This document shows, piece by piece, positions 34,670 to 48,015 of a stretch of 64,000 nucleotides of DNA (the first letter of the stretch is position 1; each line of letters begins with the position of its first letter). This DNA comes from Chlorokybus atmophyticus (Eukaryota > Plantae > Mesostigma and Chlorokybus algae), in NCBI GenBank assembly GCA_009103225.1, contig RHPI01000818.1, forward strand, positions 186,001 through 250,000, given 5' to 3'. A model generated the notes under the pieces. The model made no database searches, was not told where the DNA came from, and worked only from the letters and a program-made list of their open reading frames with translations. The position numbers and the translations under genes are program-made.

Positions 34670-37316
34670 CTACTTAACATATAGCTCAGGGTCTAATAGC
34701 TCCTGTTGCGGTTTCAAGGCATTGGCATACCGGATGTACGCGTTCACATCAAACTTGCGCCGACAGCCATTCTCGTTCATGTAGCGAATCTTCCCAAACA
34801 CTGGCCTCTCTTTCCACCCCTGATCGTGCACTCCACACATGGACCACATGATACCCACCACGCCATTGGGATCCCGTCCGTCGATTGAGTACTACACAAT
34901 CACAATCGTGTGTCAAGGTCGAGTGCCTTCTTCATCTTGACAACGCCGCATTGTGTTGTGACCGCACTGATGACACTACGCACAACAATCCAGTACCTTG
35001 TCGTTGAGATACAGGCCAATCTCTAGGGCTTGTTGGGGGTTTTCTGTCCACTCCAAAATCTTTTTAGCCCAGTACATTCTGCGCGCAGGGCCGCAAGTGT
35101 GAGCAACAGCAGTGTGAACCCATCATGCAGCAAGCTAAATTGTGAGACTCGAATTACCGCATGAAGCCATGCATCTTGCCATGGATGACAAGTTCTCTTT
35201 GCGACGCATTCCACAACTCGTCATAAGTCTTGCCCGTCTCAAGCTGCTCTTTTGTGTACAAAAACTCTCGCTTGTCGTTCCAATGCACTCTCAACGTCTC
35301 TTGCGCCCAACCTGCCGCTCCTTCAATCTGCACCCAAAGAGTGTGTCATACCTTTCCCGTAATCTTGTCAACTGTGCAGTGCAGTGCAATGCAATGCAAC
35401 CCACTGAACTTACCTGGTCGTATTTTTCGTTGTAGTAACACCAGTTATCGGTCAGCTCTCTCCGCACGATGAGTTCTTCCAAGAAGGAGTCAATCTCAGC
35501 AGAGTGGCTCTTCCGGTACTTCTTGGCTTCCAACACCACCCTTGCAGCTGCCAACTGACCCGCATGCAGCCAGGGTGACAGGTTGGATAGCGAGTGCGGC
35601 TGCAAGGCAATAGCATCTTAGTGCTTGTGCTCCCGTGACACATACTGACACATTGACAGGAAGCAGTGCTGTACCTTGTGTGGCAGGTTGCGCTCTGCAG
35701 CATAACGTTTCAATCGAGTTGTAAGGAAACCGTTCTTCTCTCCCAACAGTGCGCGGATCGCACCGTCTTCCCCAGGCTCTGCCCATCTGATCTCAGGTAC
35801 TTCCTTCCCGGCCTCCTTCTACACACCAAGCGTCACAATGAACACACTCAGCCGCATGCAGTGCACATCAGTCATAGTAATGCAAGTGGTGCAGTGCTTA
35901 CCACTTTTTCCACGAGAGCATCCCAGTTGATAGGATCAGGCTTGGGTCCTGTCCACTTGGCTGCGGGTTGCAGCTGCCGATTGCAAACAGGATTAGACTC
36001 AGCCACAATCGCTTGTGATTGTATGCAAGCTGATTGCAAATGTTGGCCTGACTTACTGCCTTGCCAGCAATCACCAAAGATTGGTGTGTAAAACACGCGC
36101 ACGCTGAATATTAGCGACACTCACGGTCTTGGACACGCCAGCTGTCACAATACCTGCGGATACTCTTCCAGAAATTGCGATAGCTTCTTCATTATTTTGG
36201 TTCGAATGGTGCGAGCAGCATACTCCTGCTTCTCGGATGCCTCCCAGCAAGGAATGATGTTGTGTGCATCCACCTGCGAGTTGGCTTTGGTGCATGCAGT
36301 GACATTATTGTAACCGTGTGTGCCTCTAATATCTTGCACAGTTGAGAGTTGCCTACAGTAGCTGAGCTATTGCAAATTAGTGCACTGCTTGCCTTGACTT
36401 CAACTATGTGGTAGTAATGCTGCTCCATAACACGTCAACGTGCTACTAAGCCGATACCTCATGCACAGGCACATCAGCAGTCTCAGCAACAGCTTGCCGC
36501 CACGCTCGCTCGTCCCGCATAGGATAGAAGTCTGTGACCACAAGCGACGCTCTTGAACGCTCCACCAGATGAGGCACCACCACCTCTGGTGTGCCCTGAA
36601 ACACATGATTCCCTGTGATTGGGTGAGACAACATCTGCATGTCCTGTGCACATGCAGATGTGACCAAACGCACCTCTATAGCAAATAGAGGTATGTTTAG
36701 CTCGGCAAGCTTGGGCTCCATTGTGCGCAAGCCACGCAACATGAAGGATGGTTCTGCAATTCACGTGAGCAATTGATAACCAACTTTGGGTTGAGTGCAT
36801 GACAACATCTGTATTGTTCGAGCCGGCATGTAGGCCAACGACCACTGAGCAACTTACGTCGTGCATTGCCATACACAAACTCGGGCACAAGCACCACACA
36901 CACCGCCAGGCCTACATTCGCCTTCGCTGCTTCCTGCAACATGCACCTCAGTCGCTGTAAGATCTGTCACACTGCCAGCCCACTTGATTAAAGCGCATAT
37001 GTCAAGGAATACAGTGACAGTGCAAACTGTACCTGTGCAGCATACAGCAGAGCCCAGTTGTCCCGAACCCTCTTGTCACGCGAGCACCAGTACAGGACAG
37101 GACCGGGCCCTGGCTCACCTGTGAAGCAACTGGTTGACACATTATGGTACCCACAGAGTCACTTGCAACATACGCTTCATCACCACTGCGGTACTGACCG
37201 TCTGCAAGCTTTCGTACACGCTTGGGGTTAACTTCTGTCGCAAGTTTTGCCGGTTTCTTTGCGGGCTTCTCACTCTCTGCGGCTTCTGCTGGATCCAATT
37301 TGTGCTTTGCGGTCAT
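34670..37316 (-). CDS. PHR1: Class II CPD photolyase
   Basis: [112 protein letters not shown]. Confidence 0.95.
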
Positions 37317-38958
37317 TGCAGATGCTGCAAACACCCGCCGTTGGCCCTCCCACACGCTGCAGCGAAGCGGATGAAGCTGGACCGCGCCCCACCCCACGCA
37401 TGCAAAGCGCAAAATGCCTGAGGACACTGCCGCTCAGTCTGGTCAGCAGGATCAACAGGCACGGGCGATGATACTTCTGCCTTCTGCTACGGTTGTAAAT
37501 GCGCACCGCCACTAAGCAACTTGTTTAAGTTGGCTTGCACACCCACTAGCACTCATGCATGCCTGCATTGTGCGGCAAGTACTACCATCGCGTTGTGTGC
37601 CAACTCTTCCTTAGTGTCCCCAGCTTGTTGCAAACAGAAATTCATTAGCCGCTTACAGACGCTTAAGGGGTTAAATGTTTCAGCGTTTACAGTCTAGCAC
37701 TGTGCATGGGTATGAAAACGCCATTCTGCTACACGTTGACCTGTGTTTGGCAAGAAGCTTCACATGCATGCTAGCAGTTTTAAGCTGTGCTGCAGATAAG
37801 CAAGAAGATGTTGCATACAGCAACATTGTTACAGGTATAATCAGGATTGCCAGTGTTGAAGTCAAGCAACAAGCAAAAATCGAGGTGGATTGACAGTAGC
37901 ATTTAACTGACCAGCACGGCATCCAACTTCATCGTTGAGAGGTGGAAAACTACCACAAGCTGCCTGCTTGAACAAGCAAACGACTAGAGGCAAGCGCATA
38001 AACGACCATGAAGGCAACAGTGCAGCTGGAGGAGGACAAAACACAACGCTGCATTGTGAAACAGCAGTGCTACCTGCCAGTTTTGCAAGCGAAAGTGCCT
38101 CCCCCAAGCTTCACCAAGTCGTCGCCAAGTGCAAAAGACACCAACCACCACAACCAGCTTTGAAATAGCTTAAATGCTCCTCCCACACCTCACTCCATGC
38201 TGGTCGGCCTATTGCTGCTCACTTCCAAGCGACCAAGTCGAAAACTCCTTCCCCACCTCACGCAGGCTAACCACAACCCAGCCAGCTGACGAATCACCTG
38301 CAAGCTGTTGCTTACACACAACACTACTACTCAGCTGTAGGCGCACTCCACGTGGCTCCCGCCGCTTATCGCCAGCCCCTGTTACAGCCTTGATGGTAGA
38401 GAGGGAGGTCCTTTTGATATCAAGTCCATTGCGACGGTGGAGACAGGACCTTCACAGCTAAAATCACACAGAAATCAAGGACACAGAAATATCGCAGGGT
38501 CCTGCTGCTTTGCCGCGAAACCGAGTGGGACTGTCGGTCGCGACGTGGACAGCGCTCGACCCGGTGAGCCCTTGTGTCGCACAGCAAGTGCGACACAGTG
38601 CGGTGGCAAGCTTGTGCGCAAGCAGTGCGTAGGCGCACAAGCAGGTTAGGTGTTGGTGTTAGGGGCGTCGAAGTTGTTGACGTTGTCGTCGTTGTGGCCG
38701 CCGCCGTCGTTGTGTTAGTCGCTGTTGAGCTGCAGACGGCTTGATGGACGCGTAGCAGTGAAGGTTTGCGCTGTTTCGGCCCTTCTAGCTGTTACGGCAG
38801 GCTACATTGTGGAGTGCAGTCTGTGCATTGCAGTGGTTTGGTGGTGAGGGAAGGGAAGGGGTAACGGCATTGTGCTGTGCGAAGCAAGCTACGCAATTTC
38901 GATGTTACCACCTGAAGCGTAGATAAACGTATGCAACGGCAGATTCTCTGCGCATACA

Positions 38959-40488
38959 ATGCCTGGCCCAGGCTCCCACCTGCTGTTCGGGCTGGGGACT
39001 GGCCTGGCGCTCATGCATGCCAGCGGCGAGCGCTTCGGTACGTTCAATGCCAATGACTGAGCTAACTTCATTTTGATGCCATTCTGTATAATGACACCTA
39101 GGCCTTTGTGTTCCACCTCATGTGTCCTTACAACTTCTCTAGTTCCTGGCATGAAGCTTTATGCATTACCGTCGCTCCCCACCGTCCGTAGCGCCTCTTA
39201 AAGCATATCTGGCTTACGTACGCATGAAGCCTGAGTGATGACCGGTTTTTCATTTATCAAACCAGCATATGCGCTAACTTTGTTTAGAAGACAGGCTGTT
39301 GGCAGTATGTCCTTTTGAACTGCAGACTTGTGTGTTGCATGCATCGCCACAGTTTCACGTGTACATGCTTGTGCGAATGCAGTTTCAGACAATCAACTTC
39401 AGTGGAACTCAAACATTGCATGAAGCTTTACACCAATACTGTGCTTACCTACTATGTCAGGTCCATATCACACACTGGTGTTCGGCATAAATGGCTTCCT
39501 CGGTCCTGACATTGGACCAGGCACGGAGTTTTTCCTGCATGATTCTGCGCCCAACTTGGGAGGCAAGCTGATGCACTACATACACAATCCATTCTACTTT
39601 CCGCTGCTGCTGGGACCACCTCTGGCCTTTGGATATGCACGAGCCTCCCGGAAGCTGCTGCCCTCTCATGTATGTTGAAGTTGTATCTTGATGGGGCGTA
39701 GTTGTAAACGAAGCACATACGCTCTCTTCTTGCGGTTTGCGCACAGCTGGCGCTGTCGTTCCAGCAATGCGCGTGCTTAGTTGCAGCCGGCTGCCTATGG
39801 CATTTCTTCCTGGACCACTTGTTTGAGGTAAACTTCCAGCCTTCTAGTTCAAAGTTGGTGTACACTACTGCATGACAGCTCTTCCTCAATGTGTCTTGTT
39901 GTGCAGGAGAATGGGCAAACAGAGATGTACAAGTGGGTGATCAGCACTGGATGGTGGGAGAGCTCCGCTGAGGCAGATGTCACAATGATCGCTGTTGTTG
40001 GCACCCTCACCATGCTACTGTTGGCTTCATTCATGTTCATCAACAGGTGAAGTGTTGTATGCAATAGCATGCGAGGCTCAATACATCTCACTGGTGCGAT
40101 GCTTTGAAGACAGCGTCGATAGGTCATCGACCACACGCGCCAACACTAGCGCATGATGTTGGGGGGTCAAGTCTCACGTTGTGCCCCGTGTGTATGGTAC
40201 AGGCCAAGTCAGTTTCAAGTAGCAAAGACAGCGATGTACAGGAAGACTGCATCCATGGCTATGATGGTGTCGGTGGCGGTGCTGTACGTGTTGTGGTGCG
40301 CGCATAGGATGTACTGGACTCACCCGCGCCAGCCTGCTGTTGGTGAAGAAGCTGACTTGGGCGTGTTGGTGTTCTTGGGGTTGTACTTTTTCCTGCCACT
40401 GTGGCTCTGTCTCCACGCCATGCACGAGAAGCGCATCGTGGTGGAGCTGGCGGACGCTGACTACAAGGAAGTAGAAGAATGGGTGTAG
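38959..40488 (+). CDS. Conserved plant multi-pass membrane protein of unknown function; YdjM-like metal-dependent hydrolase motifs (5 exons)
   Basis: Spliced product MPGPGSHLLFG..RF/GPYHTLVFGINGFLGPDIG..MHYIHNPFYF../..GCLWHFFLDHLFE/ENG..WVISTGWW../..PAVGEEADLGVLVFLGLYFFLP. Several hydrophobic helices; all junctions are GT-AG and in frame. Confidence 0.8.
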
Positions 40489-41606
40489 GCGCTGAAAAAT
40501 GATGCTCATGGTTGGCATGAATTGTTGTTGGTGACATGTGTCCTGACGACAAGACAGCCACGGATAACTGAATCTGCATATTCTGTATAACCTTAACCCT
40601 TGTGCATTCATGTGGACTTCCACCGACGTACACTTATGTTGCAGCTATTGGATGATGGCCTATGCTTCTATGGGAGCATAATGCACTTACTTAATGACAC
40701 TTATGTGGGTTGGGGTTTTTCGTTGATCATCCTCTTGCCTTGCTTTGTTGGGCGTACAACAAACAGAGTAAGGGTAGTAACGCACGTAGGGCGTGCGTAA
40801 CATAGCCTCCCCGTTATCTCAGCGTCTGTGCATCTGGTGCTTGCCAGTTTAGTGCTTGCTGTGCGTGCTCAGGTTGGTGAGCTCGCACAGCTTGCACTAC
40901 TTGACACATACACATGTTGCTACACTTGTGCAACGCAGGTTGGTTGGTTGGTTGGTTGGTGTTTGCTGCTGCTGCTACTGCCTGCTTCAACCATACACCC
41001 GCGGCTTTGCATTGCACATAGGGTCACTTAGCATAGAGTAGTATGGCCCCGGGCGTAATATGACTACGTTGTTGGGCTTGGTTGCTGGAGTCTCATTGTT
41101 GTGCAACATGTGTGTGCACAACTGCATGTGCAATATGACTCATACCCTATACATGGGTACAGGAATCCACACATGTGTCATTGCATATGCGTGCAATCAC
41201 AGCACATGCGGTGCGCAGTGTAGCGACTTTGAGGGCCGCAGTGTAGTTGAGGCTGTCCCTACCAACAGCCTCAACTACAAGAAATAAGTAGTAGGTAGTG
41301 TGCACCTAGCCCGGTGGTCGTGATAGAGGTGAGTGTGGTTGTGGTTAAGTGCCTATGCATGTGTCGTGCATGTTCCATACATCATGTGCATATTCTGTAC
41401 ACTGCCTAGGCCTATGGTGAGTGTTGAGTGCATGACGTGTATCAAGTTAGTTGCATTTGAATAGCTGTAGTTTGCACCCTCTTTCATCCCGTACACGCGT
41501 GATGCATACCGAGTTGTGACAACTGCACTGCAAACCTGTTGCAAGGACATGTCAGGCGCACATACACGCATGGAAGTCAACCTAACGCATCTATATCTGC
41601 ACTATT

Positions 41607-42658
41607 CTATATTGAGGGATACTGGTACTCAAAATTCCCCAACCCAAGCATGGCACTGAGCGCCTGAGACAGCAAATAGCCTGTCCCGCCCAACACAATC
41701 ACCGTCAAAACAGCTGTCGTCGGTTTCTTCATTAGATCCGCAATTGGCTTGACCAGGCCATAAGCTGACCCTGAAGCAACCTGAGAGAAGAGCATTGTCA
41801 TCGATTGGTTTAGCGCATAGAGCGATCAACGAACACAGAACTCAACTACTCACTGTGAAGAAGTATGCAACGTAGCGCCGAACATTGTCCCAGAATGCAT
41901 CATTCTCTGGCGCCATTGCCAGAGCCCACATGTCGGACTCCAACACTCGCTGCGGGTGCTGAGACGCTTCAGCTGCTACGGCGGGGTCAGCAGCGAGCAG
42001 CGCCAGCGCAAAGGCTGAGAGCGCCACAGCTGCAGTCGGCAAGCTTGATGTTGATTCCTCCCGGATGGCTCTGAGGCTTTCTGCAGACAAAAACAAAGCG
42101 TCGTTGGCACATTGCAAGACTCTGGTGACTTTATAGTTGCTAAGTGACAAGCGGAAGTAGATCCTGACATGTACAGCAACATTGTCCCTGCGTGGTTGTA
42201 ATGAAAGGATCACTGACACGCCTAGTTGTTTGTTCAAGAGCAAACCAGAAGCACAGACAGAACTGCACCACCAGCACCGCTCTGGAACATGCATGGTAAA
42301 CGTGTTGACCAAGGATACTGCACTTGAGGTTTGAGGGTCGCGCTTTTGCTAGAATCGTTAGCAATCACAACTGGCCAAATGTGATCGCCACTCCCATGCG
42401 CATGACTGTGAACGTATGAAACAAAGCCTAATGCTACATGCATGCATTGCCTGTTTGGCGTCTGAAGTAAGAAGTCTGACCTTGCGAGCTGCCGTCCAAG
42501 CGTTCCGCGCTCGCCCTTGCGCAGCCATGCCGGCGGTTTAGACGTTGCACGCAGCGCGGCCTGCTTTGAGGCTGCGACACAACTCCTTGTCTGCTCAACC
42601 CGACAACGGCGCAGGGCAGAGCCCCCGCCGACGCGGACACCGCCGCCGCCATCGCCAT
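41607..42658 (-). CDS. ycf33: Nuclear-encoded Ycf33/DUF751 plastid membrane protein (3 exons)
   Basis: Transit-peptide-like N-terminus, then FWDNVRRYVAYFFT/VASGSAYGLVKPIADLMKKPTTAVLTV..LSAMLGL, the DUF751 pattern. Confidence 0.85.
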
Positions 42659-43324
42659 CGCCGTCGCCGTCGCCGCCCACAGCACCCAACCCTGCTAACA
42701 GATTACGCTACCGCGAGTGACGTAACACATCACAAAACGAATGACGCAACTGTGCTAAAAGCGTGATGCGTGATTTAGGTCTCGATTCAGGGCCATTGGA
42801 AGTCCTGGAGTCGGAGTACTGCAAGCGACCTGCGCAAAGGTTCTGACTCCGTTCAGGACAAATCCTACCAGTCAAGCGGCTGAAATTGACCACCGCTAGT
42901 GCGGGGCGCTGGCCGCTTGGATCTGCGGCAGCGGTAAAATCGATGCATCTCGTGTCCAACATCGACCGGCCCTATTTCCACAGGTCACGCGAACGCTCGA
43001 TCTAAGCAATCTTTTTTTCCGCGCAAGCAACGACGGTCAAGGCTAACCGCGTGCGCTGCCCGCCGAGCGAAGCCCTGCATCAGGCAGGTGCAACTGATAT
43101 CGCGATAGCTGTAACTCGATATCATTGCACTTGCTGGTTGGTCTGGCAGCTAAAGTTTGACGCTGGTGCCAACAATTAACCGCTTCCTGCTGGAGCTGCT
43201 GGTTGCTAAGCTTCGCTTTGTCGGCGACGGTGGGGGCGGCGGTAGCGACGGCGAGAGGGCTGGAGGACATTGAATTGCAGCTCAGAGTGCTTAAGTGTGG
43301 CGTTGAGAAGTCGTCCCCCCAAAC

Positions 43325-45327
43325 ATGGATCAGCCAGAGGACAAGGACTGGGAGGTCCTGAGCTGGGGCTCAAGGTCGGACATGAGCGACGACATCCCCA
43401 TGTCTGAGGATGGGCAGGAGGTCGTGGAGGAGGACGTCGGCGTCGGCCAGGGCGAATTGAACACGCTTGGTGAGATTAATACGGTGACCAATCTGGCCAC
43501 CGACGAGCGTGCCCATGTCGACGAGCTGCTTGCGCAGGTCGGTGCTCAACGTCAATGCTTGCATTGCATGCCGCTGATTTCGCTGCAATTGCTTGCAAGT
43601 ACAATTGATGGTGCTTGTTGTGGTGATGACAACTGCATTGTACATGCGAAGACATCAAGCGTAGACGTCTTAATCAAGAACAGGTTGAACCTTGTCATTA
43701 TGAAGGGCCTGCGGTAGCTGTATGACATGTGAATTTGAGTGCATGCTTGATCTTTTCCATCAGGGTTTCTTCCATTGATAAAGTATGTCTGGAAAAGACT
43801 TGCAACACGTTCTCACAGTAAAGAATGTAGTTTGCCTACCAGCGTTGCTGCCACGCAATGCATCCAGCCAGCATGCAGCACAGGATTACAACTAGCCCTG
43901 GGCGTGCACGTACTGTTCCAAGCAATAGGATTCTGCTTCGTGCTAGCAGTGATTGTGTACTTGTAGCTTCAATCTATGGTCTCTTTGGTTAAGGTTACAA
44001 GTCGCACAGCTTGGTTGTAGTCTTCGGTTGTAAGCTGCGATAACTTCAATAAAACTCGCGTTGGTCTAATATGTTTGACAGCACAGCGTATGCATAAAAG
44101 CTGCACTTCAGTCTAGCTTGCATTGCATGTGGGAAGTTTCGCAACAGTCAGCAGGTGACTTCATCAGCACTTGAACTGTTTATCCCATTGCATGCAGCTG
44201 ACTGCCATGGTAAATACCGTCGCACAGGGATGGTTAGCTGATTGCTCCTCCCACACTGCTAACTGTGCAGGCTGGCTCTGAGCTTCTGACGGCGTCGCGG
44301 GTGACTTTCAACCCTTCGGATGGGGCCGGAAGCAGTGCCAGTGCTGGCATTACTGACAGCGATGATGAAGAAGTCGCTGAGCAACACATCCCCAAACAAG
44401 CAGCAAGTGGCTCCGGGGAGTCTTCCGGTCAGTATATGGTGGCTGATGTTGCCACAGAGCCTTCACTTCTCGACGAGGCACATGCAGCAGCTATGTCGCT
44501 GTCCTCTCATGCGGATGACTTCATGGCGGAGCCTTTCAACTCCTCCCTTGCAGGTAGACAGAGCCTTATTCCCTCAAAATCTACCTCTTGCTTGTTGCTG
44601 GAACGGCAGACAGCTGCCTACTTGTTGTTGCTGTTGTAAGTTAATCGCCCCAGTGCAGTTGATTGTGTTGGGTATGAACATGTGACACAGAAGAATTGTT
44701 GTTGCAGATATGAACAAAGTGTGCGAAAATGAGGAACAAGGTCAGGAGCGCGGTGGCTATGATAGTGACGGCGGTGGGCACAGAGAGGAGGGTTTGCTCT
44801 CCGCCGCTTGGAATGTCGTGGTTCGCACCTGGAAGAGCACAACAGCTGCATTCGCAGGTGGGTAGGCGGGGTGGAAGCATGTCATCTCACGAGTAGTGTG
44901 CGCACGAGCATGAGAATGACAGTAGAGGGGGCAATCCATAACCAATCTGCTCAGCAGTACATCGTCACCAGTGTGTTTGGAATCAACAAAGGTAAAGGTA
45001 ACAGCTGGCATGCTGCAGATGGCAATGCGGCAGTGTGGTCAATGGGGCTGGCCTGCGCGGTGATGGGCGCTTTGCTGGTTGGCGTCATCTGCCAGAACAG
45101 ACGGCTGGCAATGCAGCTACGCGCCTCCGAGCAGGTATGTATTATTGCATGCCTGCTCCAGCACGTTTGGTGGTAGTCTGCACGCGCGTTGCTTAACCCG
45201 CCATGATCTGCAGGCGTACCTGATGCAAGTCCTGCAGCTGCGCCAGTGCTTGATGCACGTTCGGCGAGTGCCGGTTGTTAAGACCAGTCTGCCCGAGATC
45301 AAGTCGCAGCGCTTTTCAAGGGCTTAA
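43325..45327 (+). CDS. ATI1: ATG8-interacting protein ATI1/ATI2-like (5 exons)
   Basis: N-terminal acidic AIM DWEVL, long acidic disordered region, single TM (AVWSMGLACAVMGALLVGVI), then an amphipathic tail (QLRASEQAYLMQVLQLRQCL..RRVPVVK). Same layout as ATI1/2. Confidence 0.7.
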
Positions 45328-46295
45328 ATAGGATAACATCAATCATGCCCACATATGCATGGCGTTTCAAGCACCCACTTCAGTCATGCTGTCCTTCCCT
45401 ACTCAATAACACCGCGCAGCATCCCAACGACTACTGTCCAGGTTGCCGAGGCAGCATGGTGCCGGCATCGGATCTCGCCCTCCAGTTAGCCTCTGCATGC
45501 CTGCTGTACCTTCAGCAGTCTCATTTAGGACCAGGCAGGGGCGGCACACGTGAACCCTACTAGTCTTCCGTGGCTAGGTTTCTTGGTGCACATGTACCGG
45601 ACCTGCCAGCTCCACCCCTTGTATAGCTTGTGCTCTCAACTCGATACCTTCTTGTCTGTTTATCCAGTCATGATCACTGCTCTTCAAGTGTACAGAAAAT
45701 GCGAGAGGGGTATGCCCATTCAGACCACACCATGCATGCAACACTTAAATAACAAACTCAGCTCATTGCTACATACACGACCACCGGGCTACCTACACTA
45801 ACCTACCTCTACCCCCCCCTGTTAGTCATGCATGTATTCGTTGCAGTTGTGGTTACCTGCATTAGCGCTATGTATGCCTGGTGCCTGGTTCTACTGCTGG
45901 TTGTGGTCTGTCATAGTGCATAGGCTAAGACAGCGATAGGACTCAATGCTGTGCAATGCAACTCACAAACCCACCTTTCTCTGCAAAGCTACTTGTAGTA
46001 GTCGGCAAAGCTGTCTGGCGATGACTACTGTTGTGCGTAGTGCACCCATAGTTGTGCGCACAGCATTTCACCAACCACATGCACCATATGCACTTCATTG
46101 TGTACATGGCTTGACGGGTGGGTAGAGTTGCAACCAGTGAATCAATTTTGCGATGACATAACTATACGCCCGCTAGGCGTAATACCAGTGGTGGTGCGCA
46201 GAGTAGAGAGTGCCCATCTGCAGCAGCGCAGGAGCGAGCAGGAGAGCAGAGATGAGAAGAGATTAGCAATGCAATATCAGGCAACTTGGCAGTAG

Positions 46296-46578
46296 ATGCG
46301 ATCATGTATGCCTATGAGGTAAAGCAATCCAACAGGCCTGCTAACTCGCAACACCGCCGCCAAGTCGACATCTGTTGGTGGTGCGCGATGCTGACCCTCG
46401 CAGGCTGGAGAGCTTCCTGCGCATCATGCGGCAACGAGTGGCCTGCGCCTTGCAGCGGGCACAGGCGCTGGCTGTGATGGAGTGCGGAGCGGCGGCGGCG
46501 GCGATGCCGGGGTGGGCGCCCGTGCCCGGTGGACCGGCGACGACGGAGGCAGACGCTGCGCTGGCGGCCGTGGCGTAG
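46296..46578 (+). CDS. Candidate 65-aa spliced small ORF, unknown function
   Basis: Donor AG/GTAAAG at 46319; branch CTGAC and CGCAG acceptor at 46403. Product MRSCMPMRLESFLRIMRQRVACALQRAQALAVMECGAAAAAMPGWAPVPGGPATTEADAALAAVA*. Lies in a GC-rich island; no family recognised. Confidence 0.3.
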
Positions 46579-47674
46579 CGTGTTTGCACTGTGCATCGTG
46601 GTGCGGCTTGTGCGTAGGTGTGTAGATAGTGTTGCGTTGTGGTTGGCTTAGGGAGCGTGACAGACAAATTGCCCTGTGCTGTGTTAAATACACGTAGGGT
46701 TGTGTACATTGGTGAGACAGCCGCCATGACATACCTTCACCTGAATTGAGAGGCCCTGCACTTGCGCCCTATCCCTGCCTGTTCCTTGTTGCTCCGTTAC
46801 TTATATCTGCATGCAACTGGAACTGGTTTAAGTCGTGTAGGTCATTGCCTGCCTATCTGTGGTTTCAGTCTATGTTGAGTCTGCTTCCATGTTAGGCCCC
46901 TCTATCTATGCCCTATGCACACTCGAGTATGCATTGGTGTTGAGCTGCACATAAACTTGCCGGGCACTGTGAACTTGCAAGCTATCAGGCGATACATTTA
47001 CAAACGATTGTAACTTTTTGGGGCTCATCTTGCAAGCTGCAACGCGGCACGACGTGTTTGCATTTTTGTTCCGCCATGTACTACCTCACTGATAGCGTTG
47101 GCAAACAGAGCTCGGCTCAAGGCTTCGCAGAACTGGTTGCAAGCGTCATGTTGGGTACGCTGTCATCAAACCATGTCGCAGTGAGGGTGATGCAACTTCT
47201 AGAGTAGTTTGCCCCGGCAATCGACGCCTACTGCTGAGTCAGTCTGTTAAGCCTTGCCGGCTCATCGTGAGCGCTTGCATCCTCACAGATAATACGGTGA
47301 ACGTACTTGCATGCAACCAGTGCACGAATTGGACTGCATGAGGTATCAATTACCTGCACTTAACATGTATACTACCACAAGCACGCCCACGCCACCACGC
47401 ATGTCGCCAACCACAGCATAGCCATTGAGATAACCTTACGCGTAGGGCATTACTATAAAACTCGGCAATTGTGTGCATTACGGTGCTGCCACAACAAGAC
47501 CAAAGTGAACAGCATTAGACCTCTTTCAAACTCTCACCTTGCTTTGGCCTGCATCCTGTCTGTCATCCCTTACACACCCAGGCGCACACATCTCTGCATA
47601 CCTTTTGTACACACGTACATGCATGTCATAATGCATCGCTATAGTGAGCTCCAGCACCGCTTTGTTGACGTCGG

Positions 47675-48015
47675 TCAGTGCTTGCTGTGCGGGCCAAAGG
47701 ACTTGGACTTTACCACCTGCTCATCTGTGCAGCCAACAAAGCAACTCAAATATACAGGCAGAAGTGAACTACATGCTGCCTACTGGACACCAAAGCAACA
47801 CAGTTCAAGTACACAGTACGCATGCATGCAAAACTTATTCATGCATGCGTGCGTGTTTGCATGTGCATGTGTAACGAGCCAGCACCAGTGATTTTTGTCG
47901 CCATGTAGGTGATGGGGATGCCCGTGACGGCGAAGCCCGTCAGGAACGGCCACATCTCCTTGGCCTGGTTGGCGATAAACTTGGTGTACGGCGCCGCCTC
48001 CATCCAAGTAACCAT
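47675..48015 (-). CDS. Mitochondrial ATP synthase plant 6 kDa subunit (i/j-like), 59 aa, 2 exons
   Basis: Exons 48015-47886 and 47724-47675 give MVTWMEAAPYTKFIANQAKEMWPFLTGFAVTGIPITYMATKITDEQVVKSKSFGPHSKH*, resembling plant WPFLVGFAITG..IT..TEED.KNS.F. Confidence 0.8.

Noticed and set aside
41040-41069. AGTATGGCCCCGGGCGTAATATGACTACG resembling the U6 snRNA internal stem-loop
   Set aside because: No ACAGAGA box, no U6 5' stem or U-tail, and only partial identity over about 27 nt. Likely chance.
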